Assembly (NCBI GenBank): GCA_013265495.1
Contig: MU058844.1
Span: 3,601,895 to 3,665,894 of the forward strand
Source of the DNA: Vicugna vicugna
Lineage: Eukaryota
Direction: 5' to 3'
Length of the DNA: 64,000 nt
The stretch's first letter is position 1. Each line of letters opens with the position of its first letter. Below are positions 39,591 through 52,953 of this stretch, piece by piece. A program made the position numbers and the translations under genes. The notes beneath the pieces are model-generated. The model saw only the letters and a list, made by a program, of their open reading frames with translations, was not told the origin of the DNA and searched no databases.

Positions 39591-42500
39591 TAATTTCCTA
39601 GAAAGTTACTTGCAAACATTTTAAGTTAATGCTTTCTTGGGATCGAAGTCTTCTTTTTTTCTTCAAAAGACAATCACATACAGAAAACTTGTATTGGGAA
39701 ATTTGAAAGCAGCTGACATTTTTAATGCCAACTGAGACTGTATCCCTTCCAGCTGACATAGAAAACATGCTCATGTTGTGATACTGTATATCGGTAGTGG
39801 TCAGACTCATTTCCCATCTTGTTTTTGCCACTTTGAGTAGAAGTGAGTGAGTAGAAACCAGCTGCTAGCTTTGTCAAATAAAATCAAGACCAGGAGATTT
39901 CAAGGAAACATTTTGACTTAATTTTTGCATAGTGTAAAACTTTAGAAAAGGAAATTAGAGTCCATAATGCTATGCAGCTAAATTGTAAGACATGGAAGAC
40001 TTTTTAGAAAGGAATTTATACTAAATTTGGGATAGAGCTTTATGTTCAGGTGAACTCTTTGTGGAACGGAGTGAGTGGGGATGAGTTGGGAGCCATTGTG
40101 GGAAGTTTTTTGTTTTTGTTTTTTTAACTACTTCTTGAGTTCTCTTACAGCTTGGCTTCATTGAAAACATTTGAGTTGGTGTGAATTACTGGAACATGAG
40201 AAGCACTCATTCTCAAAATACAAAAACACATTTCAGAAGCAAATAGAAAGAACTGTTAGACTTTTGCCTCTTTATACTGATACAGAGAGTTGAGAGCTGA
40301 ACGGCTCAGGTCGAGTTAGAAACGAGTTTGCTTGGGTTCATCTAAAGGGTCACACTATGACCTTGACTAACACACTGAGCACTGGCTGTAGAAACACTCA
40401 CTAATCTTAAAAAATATATCAGAGGAGCTGAAAATTTAGAAGTCTTGTATATGCATTTCATTCACATTATCTCATGAGAGGTAAAAGAACAAAATAACCT
40501 GTGGGTTTAAAATTCTATGTCCACCATTGACTACCTGTGCAATCTTAGTTAAGTACATAAATGTCTCTGATTCTCAGTTGTGATTTTGCTTGGTTTTTCT
40601 TTACAAGCAGCATTTTCATAAGTGACTGATCTCAGAAAGGACCATGCCAGTGAATTTTAAAGTAATAACTAAAGATGATTAGACAGCCTCTCATTTCAGA
40701 GTGCAGAAAAGCCCTACCCTCAGTTACCTGGCTGATACAGCAGGTTTGTACAATATCTGTATTTAGGGGCTCAAGGTATGTTGTGAAACATAACATATCT
40801 CTGGGTCTTTCTTTAGCTGGCAGTTTGCAGGTCATATTCAATAAAGAGATCATACTTAGTGGGGATGATTTTCCCAAGAACTCAGCCAAAGATCGACAGA
40901 GCTGGCCATGTGATTGTGTTTCCTAGTCATTATTCCTTTGGTGGAGTACTGGGATAGTTCACAGAGAGTTAATTGTCTGAGAGGTTGAGTAGGTTTTCCC
41001 CGAAAGAGACAAAGGGGTGAGGCGAAGAAACCCCAGAGAGTATTCATTACATGTAATTGAAAGCTAATCATCTTTTCATGGATAACTACTCTCCAGAAAG
41101 AACAAGCCAAGCCACTTAAAACCATCTACATCGCTCACTGGTCAGTTAGGATTGTCATGCTGAAAAATATTGCTATGCTTAATTTATTTGATTATATCTT
41201 GCTTTATAGACTGTCTGATGATTAGTGCAGGTTCAAATTCAGGGCCAGGGTTTATTTTTTTTCCCAATAGATTCTTTTTCTCTGCTCCCTTGCACAAATC
41301 TAACGATATTTATCACAAGAGGAGTGTACTAAGGCTTCAAAAGAACACCAATTGAGTCAGAAACAAAATGAGCTTGACCTTGGTCTTTGTCAAGAATTGC
41401 TTGATTCTATCGACTCTGGTCTGGGAAAGGCAGGTAATAAAACACCAATTTGATTTTAAGAACACTGCTTGGAGATGAGAGAGAAAGGCCCTTCATAAAA
41501 TATTTTCCATTTGTCCTGATACCTAGGACAAACATCTTTTTCTTTCTTTCTGCAAAAGTGACTAAAGAAATTCAGCTTTTCATGAAAAATTCTGAAAAAT
41601 TTCACATCTAGCAAAGTGGTTTCTGATTTGGGAAAACTCCCTTATTCTCAAATATTTGGTGACTCATCTTTATTTTTGATTCTTATTTCTGTACTAGCAA
41701 ATCACTTTATGATAAACTCTATAAATATTTATTGAAAATTAAATGATTCAGGCACTGTGCTTGGTGTTTCATGTATAAAAACAAAGATGATCAAGTTGAA
41801 TTCAAGTCTTCTATTGATAAGACTTATTTCCTGAATTTTGCTTCCTTAAAACCTTTTGCATCTTGGCCAAAAAACTATGTTCAAACACAGAAATTCAGGT
41901 GAAGGGATCACCTCACTGTCTAATTTTAAAACCACATGGATGACATCTCTCTTTTGAGATGCTGAAATAGCAGAGTTATTTTGTTTTACTAAAGGCATAT
42001 TTTCTTTTCCTTTTAAAAACATATAACATGATTGTTTTTGCTGGTAAAAGAATGAGTTGGGTTTTGGGTTTTTCATGACCAAGTTAAGTAACCCGGAGCC
42101 TTGGTGCTAACAATGAAAGTGAGATTCCCTTTCACAGAAGGGCTGGGCCATTTGGAGCTGATGATTCTGGTCTGGCTGATCCAACAGGTTTTTATTTCTC
42201 AAAGCTTTGAGCGCTGTGAGTCAGAGGGAGAGGAAGAGAGAGGGGGGACATGAGCTCACTAGAGAGAAGCTGGTATTAGAAAAGAAGGGAGAGATTGTTT
42301 TTTTGGACCCAAACCAGAGAAAGGAGTGGCTGTTATGAAAGCATGAAAGCATAAGCTGAGCTGTTTGTGAAGTTGGCTTCAGGGCCTCAAGGCTCATCTT
42401 CCACAGGGAGCCAAGTCATTGGCCACCAGCCCAAAGAGTGAGCTGGTTCTGGAATCTTTTTGCTCTTTGCTTTTCTCTGCTTGGAAACTTGAGTTGAGAA

Positions 42501-42864
42501 GAGGGAATCTCCCCTCTGGTCCTGACTCACCTACACCACACTTCGTTTCATACAAACGCTCTCCTCAGTGAGATCACAACTGATGAACTCATCTGGATTC
42601 AGGAGCCAGAAGAGCTTTAGCATGTGAAGATCTGCCTGTGGGGCCCACGACGTGGACTGCTGGATGCCCTGGTGCCATAGGCATGGTGTCACAGGAGTGT
42701 ATGGGCACTTTCTCTGCCCACTCCCTACTCCCAATTTCAGTTAGTTAGTGGTTCAGATTCTCCCCGAACTAAACTATTTACCAGATTTGCTAATCAAATG
42801 AAAAATAGACTGAGGGTGAGATTTCATCTCTCTATTCTTATTAATGGAGGAAATATGAGAGGGT

Positions 42865-43250
42865 GTATATTAAGTAGGACCCGTTTCACACAAGAAACAG
42901 AAATGCAACCTGAACTAACTTAGGCAAAAGGGAAGAGTTAAGCTCGGCTGGGGTCTCCAGGATTACTGGAAACAGGGACCCCCTGGATCTCCAGGTGTTC
43001 TCTCTCTTCTAGCTTTCATTTCTACTCCTTTCAGTGTGTTTTCCTACAGGCCTCCTCCACAAGGTCGCCATGCTTTTGGGCTCAGATCCTAAGCCATGAT
43101 AACAGAGAGGGATTGTCCCTTTTCATTAAATCCCAATTTTCAGAAGATTAAGAAAGGTCCAGTTCAGGCCACACATAGGCTCGTTGATCAGTGGATGGGT
43201 GGTTGTAACTGGTAGCTCTTATCTGGACCATATGGTGGTTTAAGGGAGGA
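42865..43250 (-). mobile_element. Ancient MaLR LTR (MLT1K/L-like)
   Basis: tattaagtaggacccg...aagaaacagaaatgcaacctgaactaacttaggcaaaaggg. Confidence 0.5.
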
Positions 43251-43934
43251 GTACTTTCCAAAAGGAGATGGAAATAGGAGGGAGGGTAGAGCTTGACAAA
43301 AAAGGAAAAGGTACTGGGGACATAAAAGAATACAGCCTTGTTAAAGAACACAAAATGGAATATAAGATATAAAAGGAGAAACTTTAGTTGAGGCTGGGTT
43401 TGAAAAATTGATAAACTTACATAACTAAACATTGACTAACTTAGAATTGATGGTATAAATTGATAATTAGGTCTCTTTGGTTAAACTTTTACCCTGTATT
43501 GTGGGAGGGAATATATAGCACTGAATGTTCATTTCATGGTGAGATCAAAAACAAAAGAGAAAGAATTATCTCCCTCACATTCATGCCCCACCAGAGTTTC
43601 AAAGTAAAGATAATTTGGCTCATTTCTTTTGAAAGACAGTGCAGCTCTCTGATGACTCAGTGCAAACTCTGGGTTAAATCCAGAGGTATCCAATGCTCAT
43701 AAATGGAGAATCTCTTAGTTTCATGGTTCTCGATTATCTGAAGATGGCTTTACTTCTAGAGGTGTCAGTCACTCAGGATTTTTATAAAACTTTACCGAAT
43801 TTAATTACTTTGTGGGATGCCTAAAACTATACCTACAAACGGGCAACACAGGATTTCATTTCATGATTTTCTCTAAATGTTTACTGTTTGCCATCTATGT
43901 AATTTTTGTATGTTTTAATGGATTTTTAAAGAAA

Positions 43935-44095
43935 ATTAAAGTATATTTGACTTAAAAATTATTAGTTTCAGCTGTACAACACAGTGATTCAATATTTTTG
44001 CAGATTATACTCCATTATATATTTTTACAAGACAATGGCTGCAACTCCCTGTGCTATACAATATATTCTTATTGCTTACCTATTTTATACTGGAT
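43935..44095 (-). mobile_element. L1 3' terminal fragment
   Basis: aaattaaagtatatttgact...tagtttcagctgtacaacacagtgattcaatatttt...ctccctgtgctataca. Confidence 0.85.
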
Positions 44096-45093
44096 ACATT
44101 TTGCCTAAAAATATCCCTTAATTAGTTCCACTAAGGAAAAAAGGTGTTGTCCAATCTAGGTTTTGAAGTGGGAGTAGAAGCCTAGGTCAAAGGACAGAGG
44201 AACATTATTTGAAGTATTAAACTGATCATTGAAAATGGCCAGGTCCAATCTTGAGACCACTGGAAAAGATTTCTGGGATTTGATTAAAAAAAAGAAGTGG
44301 AATGCAGAGCTCATCAGTGTTGAAAATGCACCAGTAAAGCAGCAACCCCAGGGAGCACTGCAGAATCCAGGTGATGAGTGTCCATGCTTCTCATAGTAGG
44401 CAGCCTTGCACCTGAACCTTGCACCAGGCCTCCATGGTCCTGACAATGGCTCCATGTGAGATGCACAATTGAGAAGCATGTGGTTGACATGGAAGGGCAA
44501 GTTAATCCTAATTCTATTCTCATTATCTAGAGGAAAATGGGTCTGGTTGTTTGGGTCTTCTTGCCTTTAGGACACAGTACATCCTCGGCAAGCTGAGAGG
44601 AATCCCTTATAATTATAGAACCTAAGGGTTTAAAGGGGAAATAGCCATAAAAGTTGTGCATATCATATATGTGACTTATCTCTTTACTAGGAGCTTGTTT
44701 AGTTGGTCCATTCAACAGTTTACTTTGAATACAGGCATCAGTTGAGTTTTTATGCTTCAAGCATCTCTGAAGTTTTGTGTTTACCTTCCTGCTCTTCTTA
44801 GCTTTGTCTTTCTTGTCAGACTGGTGAGCTCATATATATCTGTCTAAGCCCAGCTTGATTGTTGCTTTCTCTGTGAAATCTCCCTGACAACTCCCAACAT
44901 CCCCCTGGTTCAATTCTGTACAAACCTTAGAATATCACTCTCCTTGTTGTTGTTAATAATGTAGTAAAATTGAACTTTGCTCTAAAGATTTTGGTCTAAA
45001 AGCTAGTTGTGTGAAGGGCACATTATTCCTCTCTCCCTGACCCTCTCTTTTCCCTCCCTCCCTCTCTGCCTTACTTTTTAAAGTTAACTTAAA

Positions 45094-45688
45094 ATCTGAC
45101 CAAGGAAATGGAAGACTTATACACGGAGAACTACAAAACATTGATTAAAGAAATTAAAGATGACTTAAAGAAATGGAAAAATATTCCATGCTCTTGGCTT
45201 GGAAGAATTAATATTGTTAAAATGGCCATACTACCCAAAGCAATCTACAGGTTTAATGTGATCCCTATCAAATTACCCAGGACATTTTTCACAGAACTAG
45301 AACAAATACTCCTAAAATTTATATGGAATCACAAAGGACCCAGAATTGCAAAAACAATACTGAACAAAAAGAATGAAGTTGGAGGAACAACCCTCCCAGA
45401 CTTCAGACAATACTACACAGCTGCAGTAATCCAAACAGCATGGTATTGGTACAAAAACAGACATATGGATCAATGGAACAGAATAGAGAGCCCAGAAATA
45501 AACCTGCAGACTTTTGGTCAATTAATCTTTGACAAAGGAGACAAGAATATACAGCCTCTTCAGCAAATGGTGTTGGGATAACTAGACAGCTGCATGTAAA
45601 TCAATGAAGTTAGTATACTCCCTCACACCATCCACAAAAAATAAACTCAAAATGGCTTAAAGACTTAAACTAAGATAAGACAAGAAAC
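45094..45688 (+). mobile_element. Young L1 ORF2 internal fragment (region C-terminal to RT), no 3'UTR or poly(A), exact 15-bp TSD
   Basis: ORF 45108-45581 ([44 protein letters not shown]...[23 protein letters not shown]) is L1 ORF2p; taaagttaacttaaa at 45079-45093 and 45689-45703. Confidence 0.97.
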
Positions 45689-45719
45689 TAAAGTTAACTT
45701 AAACCACACAATTCCTGCT

Positions 45720-46268
45720 TTTATATCCAGTGCCTACCTAACACCTCCACTTGAATGTTTAGTAGAAAACTGAAATGCAATTTTTTTTTTTTTTTAAAAA
45801 GGAGGTCTGGATCTCCTCAACTCTTCTTCCCAAACTGCTCTACCCAGGTCAGTCTCTCCCAGAGCAGATGAAGGCAATTCCATCCTTGGAATAGCTCCAG
45901 TGGAAAAATCTGGAGTCTTCCTTGACTACTCTTTTTGCCTCATATCCCACATCCAGTCTGTCAGGAAGTAATGTTGACCTACCCTTTCAAATATATCCAG
46001 AATCTGACCACTTCTCATCACCTCTACTGCTCCCACCATGTTTTCTTAACTAGATTACAATGCCTCTAACACATCTTCTTTGTTCTTTATTCTGTAGCAT
46101 TTTGCAACTTCTAACATACAATATAATTTACTTTCTTATTGTATTAATTGTTTACTGCTATCTCCTCAACCTAGAATGTAAGCTCCTGAGGTCTAGATAG
46201 TCGTGTTTATCCCTTCTGTATCTCTAGCACTTGCAACCTAATAAATATTTGTAAGCTGACTAATGAAT
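45720..46268 (+). mobile_element. L2 fragment to 3' end
   Basis: ctccacttgaatgttt; ccctttcaaatatatccagaatctgaccacttctcatcacctc; ctagaatgtaagctcc; aataaatatttgt. Confidence 0.85.
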
Positions 46269-46899
46269 TTGACTCTTAGTGGAATGAACATGTCTCTTCT
46301 GGATCTTGTTTTCCCACCCCAGCTCTGAGGCAGGGGTTGCAACAACTCTTCAGGCAATGATGGTGCATTGGAGGACAGTCCTCTTTTGTCATCAGTCCCC
46401 CCTAGAACTTCTGAATGTCTCAGCTGGAATGGCTTCTTCCCAGCTCTGCTGCTTTGGTCTCACTTTTCATGCACAGGAGTCCTGGGGGTGGTCAGAGCCC
46501 CTTGCTGAAGGCTCAGCCTCCCTTCGTGTTGCCTACAAGCCCAAGATTCACTGTCTCCCTGGGGAACCATCAGAGGGGCCCCCTGGTCCCCACTACCTCC
46601 GACTTGTTGACACCTGCTTCTTTCGAAGGTAAAGCAATCAATATCTTCCTTCTATTTCTGTCCTCAGGGGCACTTCTGTCTCTCGGAGAATTTCGGCATC
46701 TTCGCTTCAGTGAACTTGGGCTTTTCCAGACAACAAGCAGCAGGTTTGTTTTCAAGAAGCTTCTATCTTCTCCTCTGAAGAAAACTTTGGAACTGAGTCA
46801 CTGAGGTCCTAACAACTTTTTTGAAACAGGGCAGGAAGGAACCTTATCATCCCACTCTTCACATATGATACTGGAGTTTTAGTTTTACTGTTCTTCACC

Positions 46900-48500
46900 A
46901 ATCACTGGGGATTATCACTACAACAATCCTTGTGTGCCTGGAGCAAGACCCACTTTTTCATGCTGGATTATGCTTTTAATACATATTTGAATTTTATTTA
47001 GGAGTTTGGCATTCATGCTTATTCTGGTAACTGTTATTAACTCAATCAGTAGCAGTAGGAGTTTGTGTGTGTGTGTGTGTGGTTTGTGTGGTTTTCGTGT
47101 CAGGATAATGCCAGCTTTGTAATGTAAATGAGGAAGTTTTGTGTCTTTTTTATATCCTGGAACTGTGTATATAGTGTGGAAAGCGTCTATTTCTTAGAAG
47201 AATGCAACCATATAATAAATTAACTCTGGATAATTTTTTTAGGGCTAGTTTTTAAAATAAATGTTTCACTTTATTTTGGATATATTAAGTCTGTGTAGGC
47301 TTGTTTGTAAGTTTTATACTGTCACTTGATTGAAATTATGATTTCACTGTTATTTTAAAATTCATAACATTGAGTGACACATAGAATTATTTCTAGAGAA
47401 TGTTCTCCTTTGGAGTCTTCCAGAGGATGCTCCTTTATCCCATTTCTGCACTACTTTATAGGCTTTTTTAAAAGAATTCATCCTGGAATAGAGAGAAGTC
47501 TCTTTTGTAATTCCATGTTTGTGATCATTTAGGGTTTCTAGATTGTTCCTCATTGACACTTCTGGTGCTAGATGAATTCTCTCCTAGGATCAAAACTGGA
47601 GAATACTTTGATTACATTAGGTAATTGATGGGCAAGTCTTCTTGCCCACCTTTCCTCATTGACCAGGATTTCACCTAGGGTAGCTTTGTGTACAGAAAAG
47701 GGATCTGGTTTCCTGCTACTTTCTGCTTCCCTTCTTTTTTGAACAAGCTTTCCTCAATGTGTTTTCTGCAAAATCTTTATGTAGAATATTAAGAGTTATG
47801 TTAGTAAGTTTTTATCTAGGCAAAAGAATTTAGCCCATGATGGATACAAACTTAAACATACGTATTTCCTGAGGCAGATCTCAAAACTGCTAGGTGTACT
47901 GTGAATACCCAGGGAGAGGTTATGCATCCTTTCCTCAAATTCTTTGTTCACAAAACCTTCTGGAAAGCCATTTCATGGTGCCACTCTTCTGTGAACCTTA
48001 TTTGGGGAACTTCTGTAATAGAACAGAGTACTTGGAAATCTATAATGCCAAGAACGATGGCTAGAATATTTTCTGTACCCATTCATTTTTAGACTCTTCA
48101 CTTATTTTTGTCTTCAAATTAGTCTCCAAATGGCTTTCAGAAGATGCTGAGTGGAGAGCTGATGGGTTTTGGCTGCCTCAAAATGCCACCCAGGAGCAGG
48201 ACTACAGTCTCCCAATCCATAGTCAGAGTGAAGAGGTTGGAGGGAGAACAAAGAGGACTTCCAGGGACTCCTACTATATTTTTCTTTGTATTTATAGGTG
48301 GCTGAGATATTCTTTTTCAACAGATGAAGCACAGGCAGGTTTCTGAATTTCTTAAAATTCAGCTGCATTGTTAGATTTGATAAAAATCCCTAGTAGATTC
48401 TTAGGATAGGCTACCAGTTTTAGTTTTTGGAGATAATAGTAACTTTTCCCTTTAGTCATTTTTCGTGTCATCCTAGGTATTTTAGTGGGGAGTTAGGATA
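46900..48500 (-). mobile_element. Highly decayed L1/HAL1-like antisense sequence
   Basis: T-rich; ttttatttaggagtttggcattcatg, caggataatgccagctttgtaa resemble antisense old L1; family and extent uncertain. Confidence 0.5.
47065..47081. repeat. (GT)n microsatellite
   Basis: About 8 GT units read directly. Confidence 0.9.
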
Positions 48501-51500
48501 GATTGAAAAACCCATTTTAAGTCTATTTTCTCCATACGTATTCCTTCAAATCCTGTGAAGCAGTAATTACTATCTGTAGCATCTGAATTCAGGAAGCTGA
48601 AGGCTCAGAGAGGGAGGAGAAGCAATGGAGAGTGGGGTGAATTTTCTGCTACTGCTGACAGAATCCCTGCAGCTTTCACACATCCTGGTCAACATAGTTT
48701 TTCAACTGGACTTGTACTTACTGTTTTGTCCTCCTTAAGAACTCCCTATCTAGATAACATCCTTTAAAAAGGGCCACAGCTGCTGCAGACAGGCAGGTCT
48801 GCTTACTGGCTCACTTGGGGGTGCTAAGCAGCCCATTTTTAAAGTCAGTACCTTGCTCAACTATCTTTTGCTCTCAGCATTCATTTAGACTCAATTTCAG
48901 AAGCTGACCATCACTAGCAAGCAATCAACAAATCATCACCATTCACCGTCAACCACCATGCTTGGTCCTTGCAGTGAAGCTTTGAAAACAGAGAGAAAAA
49001 CTACAAGAGTTTCAGACCAGTGACACTAAAAGTGTGGCCTTTGGACTGCCATTGGGCTGACACCGGACTATTCGTTATCTGCAATAAAGCCAGTAGGTCA
49101 ACTGAAAACAAGAATTCAGAAAAGCAATTTGACTTTTCCTGCTTCCAAGGGTGCAATCAGTGGGCTTGTCCATCCAACATGGACCAGTTTTGTTAGATGC
49201 TGTTGGTCTCAGGTGGTGGGTAGCAAGTGCTATGAGCTGTTCCCTAATCTCGTCCTGATCCTTTGGTACAGAGACTAAAAAGCCCAGGTATAAAAGGTCC
49301 ATCACCCTCTTCCACCTGCCAATCTCTGCTGGAGGCTTTGTGACCTTCGGACCCTTCCTGGCTCACTTTCCATTGTACAGAGACATGTTCCCTTTCATGG
49401 TAATGACCCATAATCCAAATCCAAAATGCTCAGAGTCTGTGAAGGACCCATTAAGATGGTGAAGTAGGGTTTTCTCCTCCCAGTCGCTCCAGTGAGAGTG
49501 ACAGCATGTTACATGTCTTCTCTAGATTGCTTCTGGTTCAGGTTGAGGAATGGCAACTTGAGCATGAATTAAAGCCTTTCACTCAAGTGTCACTGAAATG
49601 CCAAATCTATTCCTGGGTTGTGTTTAAATCAGGAGGCCAGATTGTTTAGCTGTGGCCCAACGTGATGTGGCAGAAGCCAGGTTCCAGAGATGTGATAATA
49701 CATTTAGCACCATCTGCTAAAATTTCACACTGGTGGAACTATGAAAATGATTTTTTCCCCCCTGAAATGACAGGATTTATTTATTTATTTAATCCCCCAG
49801 TAGAACATCTGTTTATGTGATACCTTGGGTATGCTGTGACCCGACCAGTAAGCTGATTCATCCAATGAATTCACCTTAAGAGGAAGACTTGGATTGTGTG
49901 TGTGTATTTGCCACGTGTGTTAGATCCATCAATATCAAATACTGACTGCAGTCACAGATGTCTGTTAAATCGCAGTGCTGAACTGGTGAAGGGTGGGCTG
50001 TGACATTCTTGAGAGATTCAGGTATTAAACAGAATCTGTTCCCAAGCTCTTAAGATAATGTAAGATGAACAGTCCTTTCTCCCTGTCATCAAAAGCTTTT
50101 GATTTTGACTGAAATCATTGCTTTCAGTGTCCAAGATTGTTTCCTTTCTTAGCCCATCTGCCACCACTGCTTCTTAGTAGTTCATTGATTTGTTCATTTA
50201 AGAAACATTTATAGGGCACCCATTGGGTATCATGTATGCTAGATCTAGGCCGCAATCCTTCTAGGGGAGACCCACAGTGAATCAGCAAAGACAGCAGATT
50301 ACATATTATGATAAATGATAAGCGCACAAACAGAATAAATGGGAGCATGGCAGGTAGGATGCTTAAATCAAGAAAGAAAGGGAAATTAGGAACAAACTTT
50401 CCAGTGTAGGTGACATTTGGACTGAAATTGGAGGAGCAAGAAGTAGCTACAGAATGTATGCTCGTCTGTGTGTCCTCACATGTGCACATATGTGGTTTAT
50501 GTGTTGGGAACACCTTCCATGGAGGAGTGACTGTGTAGTAGAGGGCACAGAGGTGTCGATGAGGATGACACACTGGAGCAATTGTACGTGAAGTGTCCTC
50601 TCTAGATCACAAGTGCTGCAAAGAGGAACTCTCTTATTCATCCATGTATAGCCAGAGCTTGGCACCTAATAGGAGCTCAATAAATACCTGTGGAACAAAC
50701 ATATGGCCTCAAGTACTAAGTCAAGAAATTTGAACTTTTCCTCCCAAAATATGACAGCAAGATATAAGCAATTGTAGTTGGCCTTTCTGAACACTTTTAT
50801 GATTTTTTTTTTGTGCTGTCCCTAAAGGGACAGACTGCCATATAACAGCTGTTCCCATCCATTTTCTGTCATTCTCATTAGACTCACTTGTTCTTCCCTG
50901 GCCAGTAATTACTGATTGATTTGACAACTCTCTGGTCATGCTGGTGACACACAACATTGGTGTCAAACATGGTCAGGCACTGAAACTCTCATAAACTCTT
51001 TCAGATAATCCTTCATGACATTCTCCTAATAAGATGTGCTTAGAGCATTTTTTGAGACTATTACTTTAGTCTGGAATTTAAAGCAAATAATATAAATATC
51101 TTTTTATTTCAAAAGGTCTTAACACTTGCAAATGTTAGAACTGATGATTAATATTAAGTTAAATTGTTGAGTCGTAGTATTAAAATCTGTTGAATATTTA
51201 TCCTAAGAAAATTTCTTCCCTTTCATAATTAAGCCAAGAACTAGGAGATCTGTGTAAGTCCCATAAGCAGAACTTGAATGTGTAAAGACTTAATTCACTG
51301 AAAATTGATAGTTAGCAACTAACCAGAAACTAAAGACATGCTTGATTCTGGAGTTAAGATCAGTAAAATTAATAAAATGTTACCTTTTTTTGAGTTGAAG
51401 GAAATGTAAGTTTCAAAGCCATCTAATAATTTTAAATGTTCATTAGGTTAAAATACATTCAAATTAAAATTAATTTTGAAAAGTATTATTTCTTTGAAAG

Positions 51501-52568
51501 ATCAAGCTATTGTATTAACTTGCTTTTGAACTCATCTTCAGTGGTTTGCTTTTTATGTCTCTTTGCAGATATTTTCCCAGATGTCTTTCTCAGTGCAAGC
51601 ACAGTATCTCCCTTCTTTCCAAACTTGACTCAGTTCATGTCTTTCAGGAGGATCTCTGGTTAACCTCACCCAATTCTGATTCAAAGTTACTTCTGTGTTT
51701 CTCCCAGCCCTCACCTATGTTGCACTTAGATTGTTCTTTGGCATTTTCACACAGATTTGTATCAATCAAATTAATCTTCTGCTGATTGATTAATTGATTG
51801 TAATTATTATGTTCAAGGCTTTTTGGTTGCAAGAGACAGACTATTTCTAGTAAACAGAATTTATTGAAAGGATACCAGGGACTCTCGGAAATATTTGGAG
51901 GCAGGAAAGAAAGTACAACCAGGCTCCAGGAGGTCCTGAGGTTGTAAAATCAGTACCTGAGTTTGTTATCTTCTCTCACTGAATGACTGGCCTCCTAATT
52001 GTACTTTTCTTTGCCCTCCTGCTCCTATCTGCTTTTTAGACTTGCCACCTTCCTCGTGGCTGCTCTGTTCCCCCTTCACTTCTGCTTGGATATAGCTTTT
52101 TCTTTAAATGGGTCCAGGCCTGGCTTTGGCTCTATGCCTGTCAATGTCTCTCCACCCCAACCCCAACCAACCATCACCTCACTATCTCATTCGTTAAGCC
52201 TAATGCTTCATTCCCTGGTTGGAGAATCTGATTTGCTCAGCTGAATTATGGACGGTTTCTCCTTAGGACAAATGTTTACACATCAGGTGGTGGGGCTCAC
52301 TGGGTACAAACCAGATGGATTCTCTGCAAATAGGTTGTGGGCAGCTGGCCATGATTGGTGTCTCAAGTACAGCATTCTCTCCTAGCAGCCTCATCCATGT
52401 TCTCAAATGTTTCAGAAAGGCTACCCGGCAGACTGTGACCTACATTAGTGACCCAGCAGTTCTAGGCTTCAGTGGTCTTCCCTATTTTGTGCCTTTACTT
52501 AGTTAAAAATATTGCTTCCTTCTTTCCTTATTTTTACAGTCTACTTTGATACTAGGGTGGGAACCAAG

Positions 52569-52953
52569 TGCTACGGACTGAACGATTGTTTTCCCCAAAT
52601 TCATATGTTGAAGGCCTAACCCCCAAAGTGATGGTATTAGAAGGTAGGGTGTTTGGAAGGTAAACAGGTTTAGATGAGGTCATGAGGGTGGAGTCCCATG
52701 ATAAGATTAGTGCCCTTACAAGGGACACCAGAGCGTTCACTTCCTTTCTCTGTGCACACATACTAAGGAAAGGTCAAGTGAGCACACAGCCAGAAGGTGA
52801 CCTTCTACAAGCCAGGAAGAGAGTCCTCACCAAGAAGCAACCCTTCTGGCACCTTGATCTTAGCCTCCAGAACTGTGAGAAAATAAATGCCAGCTGTTTA
52901 GGTCATCCAGGCTGTGGTATTCTGTCATAGCATAGCCCTGGATGACTAAGCCA
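52569..52953 (+). mobile_element. Solo MaLR LTR (MLT1A-like)
   Basis: tgctacggactgaac...aaattcatatgttgaaggcctaacccc...cctccagaactgtgagaaaataaat; flanks ccaag/ccaaa (4/5 TSD). Confidence 0.9.

Noticed and set aside
45108..45581. 157-aa ORF as a functional CDS
   Set aside because: Internal, promoterless, frameshifted L1 ORF2 fragment
46700..46730. Minus-strand KPKFTEA resembling the start of a Myb/SANT-like (Harbinger) domain
   Set aside because: The similarity does not continue and a stop follows within about 12 codons
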